A stretch of 61,628 nucleotides of DNA, filler included, from Choristocarpus tenellus KU-1152 (taxonomy: Eukaryota; Protista; Phaeophyceae), in assembly GCA_964200185.2 (NCBI GenBank). It is 8 parts of 8 records of this genome, joined end to end, with 100 filler letters (N's around TTAATTAATTAA, not from the genome) between each part and the next. Parts side by side here need not be neighbours in the genome. Positions count along the whole stretch, not along the records: positions 48,670 to 51,779 come from CAXNAD020022259.1; positions 51,880 to 58,012 come from CAXNAD020008869.1; positions 58,113 to 61,628 come from CAXNAD020019505.1; 5 more parts are not named here. One strand, written 5' to 3'. Of the stretch, positions 51,516-61,628 are shown piece after piece. Made by a program: the position numbers and the translations under genes. The first letter of the stretch is position 1; each line of letters starts with the position of its first letter. The notes under the pieces were generated by a model, which was given only the letters and a program-made list of their open reading frames with translations, was not told where the DNA came from and did not search any database.

Positions 51516-52423
51516 CTTTTCAGGTCACACCAAAAGTAAGAGTGGGTAGGGGCACAGCGATGTAGGGGGAAGGGCGAAGTTAAGGAACAAGCCAATCACA
51601 AAATAGAAAGGGAGCAGTAGGTACTGTCAGTACCAAGTGCCAATGGGGGAAGGGAAAAACATTGCCAGAGCAGGGACCAACGGGGGTGGGGGCAGGGGCA
51701 ACAAGAGGGTGGGGAAAAAGGGCTCAGAAATCGAAAGTATCTAAGAAAGGGGGAGGATAAATCATGTAGCATGGGGAGGNNNNNNNNNNNNNNNNNNNNN
51801 NNNNNNNNNNNNNNNNNNNNNNNTTAATTAATTAANNNNNNNNNNNNNNNNNNNNNNNNNNNNNNNNNNNNNNNNNNNNACCCTTACATGACATTCATTG
51901 GCATGTCGCACTCACACCTCCCCCCCCCTCCCCCTCCTTCAATGCCGTGTGATCCCACCTCATCAAAAACACCAGACAAAGGAGAATGGTGAGCCTGGCA
52001 GCCGTGTGGTTCCCATGGACATGTCATTCTGTCTAGGGGTCAACCACGGTTGCATCTGGATTGGCGCAGCTATAGGTTGCCGGCCAAATGCAGTGAGTTT
52101 GCCCAAATAGACTTGCTGCAGTCAAAACCTGACTTGTCCTCCCTTGTTCCTAGATACTCATGGACAAAACCACCTCTCTCTTCAGTATGAGCAAGGTCTC
52201 AGGACAAGGACCAAACAATGTTTTAGGGCCAAGGCTGATTGTCATCAAATCCCACAGCTGCTCATCTCCAACCACCCCACTTTTTTACCCTCCCTCAAAA
52301 CGTCAATTTCCACACCCCATCAATAGTCTCGCCACATATTGACAAAACAGGCATCCTAACCATACCTCCTTCACCAATCAGATGTCAAGTATACTGTGCT
52401 CCTTGTACCTGGCATGGGACTTA

Positions 52424-52454
<31 letters not shown>

Positions 52455-52496
52455 CCTCCGATGCCTTATTTACCTCAACCTGTCACCCCTCTGCAG

Positions 52497-54291
52497 CGTC
52501 TGACAGTGGCCCGACTCTTGGAGTATGCTGCCCAGAACTGGCCTCCTGATACAGCAGTTTGTGCTAAAGTTGGTGACAGGCAAGCTAGCAGAAGCTTCAA
52601 CTACGCCCATGTCATGTTCTCAAGCCGCAGCACTGCCAGGTGAGCTTGTGGAGAACTGCAGCATACTGTCGTGTTGCCTGAAGGTATGCTCTCGAAGTAC
52701 TGGAATGATAAGCTATGCTTGTGTTTGTGTGAGCGCATATTTACGTGTGTGTGGGCAGTTGGTGGGTACCCAGGAGGGTGGAGCAGCACAAGCCAAGATA
52801 CCCCATTGGGAAAAAGTTAGACCTGAGAGACCTTTGGGGAAGGAACTATGGAGTGAGGCAGAGAGGAAAGGAAGAACAGAGGGCTTAGTGAAGGGGAACG
52901 GCCCCTCTTTCTTTCATTGCTGCAGCATTTGCCTCTACTTCATATAAATAATATGTATGTGACCCTATAAATACCTCCAGTTCTATTTGTAGTATTAGCC
53001 AATCCTTCAGAAAAAGCTGCCACGTAACATTAGCATGAACAGGGGAACCCTCATCGTAGCTAACCCCCACTGTCATACTTTTTTCACTTCTTGAGACGAA
53101 GGACATTGTTATTTTTCACACACAGGTCAGGGTTTGGGTTATGGTTAGGTTTCCGAAAACGTATGTGAAGAATTGAGATGACAGTGGTGGATACTTGAGA
53201 GCTGGTGGTTCCCCAGTGCACTCTGACTTGCTGCCACAGTGTGAAACTTCTCCCAGAAAGGCTCCTTGACTGCTTAGGGTTAGGTCTTCGAAAATGCGCG
53301 TAAAAGGCTTTAAAATATATAATTTCAGTGGTGGCTCACGAAGAAGGGGTGGTTATCCTGTGCACTGCCCATTCCTACTTTCATGAATCGACAGCAGTGA
53401 AAGCTCATCCCTAACCATCAACCTAGCACATAACAGAATATACCCCTAAACTCTGGATACACCTTGAATACACCTTGTGCCTTCCCTACCTCTCTCAAGC
53501 ATTGATTGTCAAGCTCTGGAAGGTCCCCTGGTGTCCAATTCTCCACCCCCGAATTGCTGCCACTCATCTCCCTTCCTCAATGCCCCGCCCCCTCCACCAA
53601 TTATTAACTACTATGATCATCTAGGGAAGCCATGAGGCGGCTCTTGAGTGTTGGGAATGCTTCTGGCAGAACATGTATTGCGGGCGGCGAAGCAATGGTG
53701 CAGTATGCGTCAGCTACTCCAAGCTATCTCATTAACCGCCAGAAAGGAGTTTTGGTTGGTGAACTTAAGAGCTACATCAACAAGAGAGAAGGAGCAGGAG
53801 CAGGAGGACGGGCAGATCGGGAGCGTGAGCGACCTTGGTCCACCTCAACACAACAAGACTCCCGACTCGAGAGAAAGGGTCGAGAGAGGGTTGAGTGTGG
53901 AAGGGTAAGAGATTGGGGCGGAGAGAGGGAGTCACTCCGGGACAGAACCAGAGGCAGGGATGGTGAGACTGTGAGAAAAGAACCTGCTGCAGAGGAGAAT
54001 AGAGGTCGGAATCGAATGTTGGACAGGGGTAGAACTCGGTCAAGAAGTAGAAGCTCTAGAAGCACTGAGAGTAGCAGGAGCAGTAACAGCAGTAACAGCA
54101 GTGGGAGCAGCGGGAGCAGCGGGAGCTGGAGCTCTAGTGGAAGGGGGAGCAGAAGCAGGAGCAGGAGCAGAAGCTGGGGAAGGAGGGGTAGAGACAGGAG
54201 GAGCAGTAGAAGCAGAAGTAGGAGCAGGGGTCGAAAGAGAAGTCGCAGCAGAAGCACGGGGTACAAGCGGCGGAGTCAAAGTCGAACCCAA

Positions 54292-54322
<31 letters not shown>

Positions 54323-55949
54323 AAAGGGGCATCAGACATAAGTCCGCAACCAAGGGATGTGGAAGTCGGACCATTAATAGGACCCCATCAAACAGAGGGT
54401 TAACGGATACCACCAAGCCCATCATCAATACATCTATTGGGTCCATGTCCGCAGATCGCAATGATAGGGCTAAGGGCAGGCCTCCTCCTCTGTCATCTTC
54501 ACAGCCATTGACCCTGCCTTCTATGGCTGTAGTACCGAACCCAACCGCATCTTCAGAGAAGGCACGAATTCAATCGCTTGAAACGTCCGAGGCACAGGTT
54601 CCTCCCCCTTCCCAGCAACCCCATCTTCCTCCGCCACCGTTTCCACTGCAGCCGCCGCCTCCACCTCCACGGCAACCAGTTTCACAACCTGGGGTGAAGC
54701 GGGTTCTAAGAGAAAAAGAAGAGAAGAAGAACGGGCAAGGGCAGGATGAGTCCTTGTGTATCAGAGCTTCTTCTCCTCGTACTGGTGAGGAAAGTGGCAC
54801 ATGTGACCATATAGACGGGAAAGGAGGCAATGTGGAGAGCAGTGGAGGCGAAGCTGATGCTCACCCACAGTGGTGCACAAAAGCAATGACAGATGGTCCC
54901 TTTGATGCGGCAGGCTCCTGCAATGTGGTGACATCCGAAGCTAGATTGATGGAGTCGGTAGGAAGGTGAGTATACCAGAATGCTGCCGACTATTTTGTAG
55001 TAGGAAGGCAGGGAGCCAGTGTCAATCAAGGAGAAGAATCGGGGGGTGACAGTATAGGAACACTTAGAAACATACCGAAGTGGTGCTGCATACTAGTATA
55101 ATAAATATCATGGTCTACAGTGGTTAAAAAATACATTATTGCTATGTAGTCCATGTCTGGTAATGGGAACATTTTATTTGATATCAAAATATGTTTGCAT
55201 CTTGCCACAGTAAAAAGATCATTTTTTTTTCTCTCTTACTAGCCTCCTTTGTTTGACCCTTCAATGCCCCTTCTCCACTTCCGCCCCACAGACACATAAC
55301 CTCTAAAATCCCTGTGTCCAATGCATTGGGTTCTTCAGAACGTCTCTCCCCTTCACCTACCTCCTTGACCACCCAAGATCCTACATGGGCTGCAGTTGAG
55401 GCTCGGGCTGCTGCAGATGCTGCACGTAGGTTTGGTGTGCACTCAGGTCATAGTGGGAATGGCAAGGATGAAGCACCCCTCCCCTCCACGGTGGTCACGG
55501 TGATCACCCAATCTGAAGATAAATTAATCTCTGATGCAGCAGCGACCCCAGCTGCAGCTGCACCAGTTCCTCCTACAGCTTCCCCTACAGTTGCTTCTAC
55601 CCTTGATCCGCCGTCAGTCCCTGCCTTAGCACCTTCAGCAGTCTCAGCCCAGCAAACAGAACATATTCCAACCTCGGCCCCAGCCCAGACTCCTGCCTTC
55701 TCTGCTAATGGCTTGGCTCTGAGTTCACCTCCTGTGCCCAACCAGCCCTCAGCTCTTGGTGCTTCAAAGCTTTCCATTTCGAGAGCCTTGGGCAATGGCA
55801 ACCTTGACCAGAGTCAGTTTTGTCCAGCTCTGGCCTCTGCAAGTGAAAGTCAGGGACAGGACTGGGGGGTAAGTCAAGGCCTCATCCCTGGTGCAAGCTC
55901 TGCCGGCAGAGGTCATTTAGAAAGGGTCAACAATGAATCTTCCGGCCAG
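52497..55949 (+). CDS. Partial RRM-like + RS-rich + Pro/Ala-rich protein (exons 52497-52639, 53625-54965, 55292-55949)
   Basis: RNP1-like NYAHVMFSSRSTAREAM..VQYA, followed by long RS dipeptide tracts. Splice phases are consistent. Confidence 0.65.
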
Positions 55950-57949
55950 GTGAACTGACTCCCAGACTTGATTTGGTTGGACTCACTCTTCAGGGGAAGT
56001 AATCAAATCAATGTCATCTCGAAGGGGTGATATATATATATATATAGATATATATACATGTTTTGTTAATGTGTTGGGTAAACCCTAAACCCTAAACCTG
56101 TGGTGACAATGAAAAGATGAAAAAGATGAACAACCACAGCCTTCCCTCGCTACAGAGTACAAATGAAGTAGTAGCATGGAAATGATTTTGCACGCTCTGT
56201 GGGTTTGTACACCGTTTATACCTCTCAACACACCACAACAAGGCGTGGAAGCTGGTGGGAGTATCAGACATATGACATTGTGGATACTGTTCACAGTGGC
56301 ATGTAAAGGAGCGACCTCTGTCAGTCTGTTTTAATAGCCACACAGTAAAGTGATCAACCTCTTTGCCTTGCACACTGCAGAGTCCATCAAGAGTTTTTGC
56401 TTGAGAATTATAGCAGAGATGTACCCTTTGCAACATCTTCTACTGGACTGGGGTCTACCCTTCGCAATACCTACACTCTGGAATTTGAATACTATCCAGA
56501 GATTGGCCATAGAATGCCTCCACTCGCTCTTGCCTGTTTTTCCACCCTCTCAAAAACTCTCTTACCCCACTATTGAACACCAATAGCGCAACATGAACTG
56601 TGGCTACATGGGAGGAGCATACAGCGTCACTGCCCTTGTGCCCATCACCTTGGGAGAGGCTGTGCAGGTGCGGCAATATCAAAGTGTATGTGGTGAACAT
56701 CAAACCTCTGTTTTCCTGAGAATGCGTTCATTAGGGGAGGGAGTGGGTTGATACCCCTTAGTGAATCATGACATAGAACACTTTTTCCTGCTGTGTTTGA
56801 ACAAGTGCATTAGAAATAGCAACTATATATATCTATATATAATCGTGTGTGGCCCACGATATGTTGATATAATATTTATTGTGTACAAGGGACCATGAGC
56901 CTTCTCAGATGTGACATATATTAGTTCACAACCTCAACCCTGGTTCATCGTGGTAAAAGGCGGACATTCTGGGTTCCTTGAATGCAAGAACGAATTTCTT
57001 GTTGAACTTGGCATAATTTCCTTCAGAGCCATCAATTTTGGAGGGAAAAATCCTATCTCAGCAGTTACAGGTCATTCCAATGTCTATATATCACTCACAC
57101 CACTACTGGTGACTTCAACTGTATACCTGCAGAAGGTGTATCCCCATGCAGTGATGCATATCCCTTGTTGTGTGTACTGTTGGTCTTCACCACAGTGTGA
57201 TCTCTTTGAGTGCCCTCAGGATGTGTACCATCTTCTCACAAGTGGTGTATGTCCCTGTTGGGTGTATAGTCCCGTCTTCATCTTTGGACAAAACCTTGAC
57301 AGAGTATCTTAACGTGCAACTAGTGCTCGGGAGCGTGATCCTGATAAGGAAAGTTAAAACAAGAAACTGTAGACTTTTTTGTCTCCTGGAGTGAGCACTG
57401 ACCTGTGTTAGGCTTCATGTATCATGTTGTTAGGGGATGTTTACATTGTTGTAATGAAAATTGGTGCAAACCTTCTGATCCAAGAGGGACAGTAGTTCAC
57501 CAGAAAAAGGGCAAATCCTCCCTACTTTATGTGCTCTGAAGCATCTATCCAAGAATGCCACAGACAACTTCCTGTTGTACTCAGCACATGCATATATATA
57601 CTCCAGTATATATTTATATATTAAAATAATCTGGAATAAATAATCATGCACCGTTTTTCGAAGAATGTGGGTATGACACATGTAACCCCGAATATTTATT
57701 GTTATGTTTGACACAAAGTCGGTGATGTCTTGGAGAGATACTAAAATGTACTCTAAGTACATGGATACTTTTTTTTCTACTTAGGGTTAGGGTTAGGATA
57801 CTACCTATTATTTTTTTTCATAGTCCAAGGTGCCGTTTTTGCATTGTATATGCTGCACTCTCCTGCTTAATATCCTATTCTGTTCATAGGCTCATATCAG
57901 TGTGCTACCTCTCTCTCTCACTCACTCACTCACTCACTCTCCCTCTCTC

Positions 57950-58012
<63 letters not shown>

Positions 58013-58807
58013 NNNNNNNNNNNNNNNNNNNNNNNNNNNNNNNNNNNNNNNNNNNNTTAATTAATTAANNNNNNNNNNNNNNNNNNNNNNNNNNNNNNNN
58101 NNNNNNNNNNNNCAAAACTCCCCCCAAACGGGACATCAACAACCCCCCCCCCAAATGGACAGCCGCCACCCCCCCTAAATACTTTGAGCTTGCTTTGCTA
58201 AAAGGCATCAGCAAAAAAAACAAACCCAGTGTTTGAACATCTCAGTCAATTGTCTACGCTACGTGCATGTGCCTGTGTGTATGTACGTGACTCTATGCAG
58301 TGAAGGGGTTGAGTAGCTCTATTATAGTGCTAATATAGTATGTTGAGTCCTTCCTATCAAGAGTAATGTAGAAATTCTATCTTAAATTATTGTTTTCCGT
58401 GGCAGTCTTCATTTCAAACAAATCCTAGGTACTTGAAGTCTATTATACACCGAATTATTGCTCATCAATCCATCATATTGAATTTGAACGGCAATGCATG
58501 TACGACTCGGGGATTTTGAGTTAATAAAAACAAAATGAGTAGGAGCATGGTATTTTTGAACCACGAGTTGCGTCAAACAGATCACTTGCTATAGCTAACA
58601 GGCAGTCTTTGGAAATGCATTAGCACAAGTGCTTTCCAATTCATTCTGTGTCTCGCTGAGGTGTTTAAGGTATTTCAGGGCAACCTGCACTTTGCAGTAG
58701 ATTATTGAGAGAGTACACAAACTAACTGAATATTATTTCTGGGTTCATGAAACGTTGTTGCCTCAACGGCCTATGTAGAAAAGGGATAATAGAACATAAC
58801 CTCTCAC

Positions 58808-61508
58808 CCTCATTTCTCGTGCATCAATGACAAAGACCCTCAGAATACCAGGGCAGTGAAGGCAAGGTATCTTTGGTTCAGTCAGCTTGGGGGCAGAAAG
58901 GATATCCACATCACTTCCTTCTACCTGTGACAAGGTGGTTCAAACAGTTCAGAATTAGTTGCTTGGAGGTCAATGACCAACTATAGTTACACCGTATCGG
59001 GGAATATGACTGTTGACCCAAAGCATTCAAGAGGGTAGGAGTTTTTGCCCTGATTGTCCGTTTGGGGCTTGGCTCCCACAGGTTTATTATGCCCTTTTTC
59101 GGTTTTATGTGTGAACACAGTTACGTAAAATGTATACGACTATGAAAGGTGGGTCCGGAGCAAGGACACTGACACACTTGCTAACAAACACGATAGCCGA
59201 TGTTCATCATTGTCGTAACATTGGATTTATGAACCCAAACGGACCCTACCGCCTCCGCCCCTCCCTGTACATCTGCTACTTGTGGTTTCTATATAAATAC
59301 TATGCAATATTCGGCTGCTCAGCAGTCAGAAAGGCCTGACACACCTAGAGGAAAACTTTCTGCCAGATTCAACCCTCACTAATTGACTTGCAAAAACTGT
59401 CCAATTATTCAATGTCAGAAGGACAAAAAAAGTTTGGCTACGTACCTCTGGAGTAAAAATTGAGACAACCTGAGAGTGGAAGCCTTTTTTGGTAGTGATA
59501 ATTACATGGGAATATAGTGAGACCTACCTCCCACGCTCCAATAAACTTGACGGAAATGTTGAGCTGTCCAGCCGAATGCTTCTTGTTCTTGTTATCCGAC
59601 AACTCAACCTGTTTCAAAGCAACAGCTCCATGAACAAAAAACTTCTTGTGCAGGACGGCGCTTGGGTGTATCTTTACATATTCTTTTGCCCAAAACCATG
59701 AAAGTTCATACTACAAGCACACATTTCATCGTTTCGAGTGAGGGTAATATGAGGCGGCCTGTCTTGCCTTCTTTGTCACACTCTATTGTGGTTCGTCTCA
59801 TGAAATATGACCATCAGTCAGCTTGCTTGTTCCAACAGCACAACACAACAATGTCTCTTTCTAGACACCATCCCCATCCCCTGCAAGCAACTCTGTACTC
59901 AGTATTCAAAATCACTTCTCACAAGCACCACTCACCGAAATATCATGGCTCTCTCTTGTTCTAATGATATTTTCGAGTTCAACACTCCCCACTCCAAGCA
60001 CTCGTTGAGCAATAAGCACACCTGAGGTTAACACCTCAGCTATAAGGATGTTCTTCACCTGATACCAGAAAATTGCAGCATTGGGAACGAGGAGGTGGTC
60101 TAATTCAATCACAAGGATGGACCTCAGGTTGTGTCAACCTTGTGCAACTTGTGCTCATGAAAAACCGTTAGGTTATACGCACACATATCGCCTTCTCACC
60201 TGCAAACTCCCAAAGTCATAGGAGGGGAGCTCAACAACTTCCTCCCACACAGGGTGCACCAAGTCCCCCTCCTCTGCATTGCTATCCGACCCTGCAGCAA
60301 GGAGGGGCCTTGTCGATGACGATCGTTTTCCAGGGCTCACAAGTAGTCGAACCTTTAAGAAAAAACGGTGGAGCAGTGGGACTGTTTCTTGCTCTGATTG
60401 TGAACTCTAGACTCAAAAAGAGGAAAAGATGAGAATTAGTGGGGCTTGACTTCCCTGGGGAGGGGGAAGCCAGGCACCTCCGTATTTCTCAATTCGGAAA
60501 TTTTGAATGAGAAAATGCTAAGGAGGTGTACAGCGGTCACAGCGTAAGGTGGAGCAATCCCTTTGAGGAATGACACTAGTCGTCCTCAAGGAGAAGGCAC
60601 ACTGAACTGCAATCGATGTTGTGTTGTGCTCGTATTGAGCAACATCCAGAGAAATCGGGTGTTTCTTTCCCTTTGCTCCACTTCTCTCCCCAAGACTAAA
60701 GAAGGCTGTACCTTAGGTAAGAGGCTTTTAGTGAGCCTCACCACAATTTAGTGAGTAGATTGTGCAAAAATATTTGTAGAGAGCAGTTGGGAAGGCATCC
60801 ATCACAATCAGGAACATGTTTCAGATGTGTGGTTTTGTTTTTCAGATTAGATGGTTGACTATGAAGTATAGGAAACAACCAGCGGCTCTCTTTGTGGAGA
60901 CAGGAATATATGCATATAAAGAAATTTCCTAATAAAATATAATTCTGAGTTGTTACTGAGGCTGACCCACAGTCAGGCCAGGCAAGGCTCGATTTGATTT
61001 GAAGACCATGGTCTATTGCCCAATCTATCATGGTGAAAGATCAAGCAGCAGAGACAAGAGCAAATCATAAAGACAACATAATACTTACGAATTTGGGCTG
61101 CTGAGGTGTATTTTGAGCAAAGTTTTGGTAGAGATCGTTCACCTTTGAACAATGGATGACAACTAACCTCAGGTGATTCTGCCTCCTCCTTGAGCAAAGC
61201 ATTATGTACAATCACTCTCAGCACTCCAGGGCCCTCCGTATCACCTATGACTGGTAGCACTACCTCTTTGTCCTTGGTCCTGCTATTACCTATGATGTTA
61301 CTCCTGCAAGCAGTTTTAGAGGAAATCATCCTTTCAGGGGGGTAGAACTCAAGTTGGAAGGCAAGGACGCCCCTCTTTGCAGCTGCAACGCCTTTGCTGC
61401 TACCATAAAAGCAACGTGTTGATGTTGGGGGATGGAGATCGACCACCAGTTCCATTGGCTTGGCAACCCCAGACTGGTTGTGGAGACAAAGGCAAGAGAT
61501 ATCCAGTT
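58808..61508 (-). CDS. Partial multiple-C2-domain protein (exons 61508-61168, probably one near 60711, 60291-60200, 60058-59936, 59608-59528, 58924-58808)
   Basis: Repeated C2-like segments: RGVLAFQLEFYP, GVLRVIVHNA, HPVWEEVVEL, LIAEV..RVLGVGSVEL, AGQLNISVKF and PGILRVFVIDAREM. GT-AG boundaries. Confidence 0.7.
59015..59270 (-). mobile_element. MITE copy in reverse orientation within an intron of the C2 gene
   Basis: The reverse complement matches the 42039 copy (..GGGAGCCAAGCCCCAAACGGAC..CTCCTACCCTCTTGAATGCTTTGGGTC). The other end is degraded. Confidence 0.7.
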
Positions 61509-61628
61509 CTGCATGTCCAATGAGGGTATCATCCTCAAGGAGACTCTCATTCCAAACCTACGGTGGGGGGGGGGACAATAGCATATTTGTGACACATATG
61601 GAGGATAGGATTGGAAATGTTGAGTGTC

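Noticed and set aside
60973-61595. DIRS/Ngaro retrotransposon RNase H remnant
   Set aside because: The weak resemblance needed frameshifts. One open frame with proper splice sites explains the region as C2-domain exons.

Overview
Intron-rich eukaryotic DNA, probably a brown alga or related stramenopile (inferred from repeat and gene style). The window is a pseudo-scaffold of 8 contigs joined by seven artificial 100-nt linkers (N44-TTAATTAATTAA-N44), so there is no real synteny across linkers. Contig 1 (1-28772) holds five tightly packed genes in alternating orientation: an uncharacterised multi-exon gene, a predicted 685-aa F-box + CDK-like pseudokinase + cyclin fusion, ethanolamine-phosphate cytidylyltransferase, CTR9 (with two copies of an inserted ~80-aa domain) and a VPS37-like gene. 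A decayed ~129-nt repeat array and a LINE fragment follow. Later contigs hold a 3-exon secreted cystatin missed by the ORF track, a Lys-rich protein, and partial LRR, KRR1, SH3-like, RRM/RS and multi-C2 genes. A ~258-bp MITE family recurs and often lies at contig ends. The best candidate for a new system is the fusion gene: its kinase has HRD->HRN, DFG->DFA, PSTAIRE->PYYMLRE and Tyr15->Glu, which suggests a cyclin-F-like SCF substrate adaptor carrying its own inactive CDK. All exon models were read by eye and need RNA-seq confirmation.
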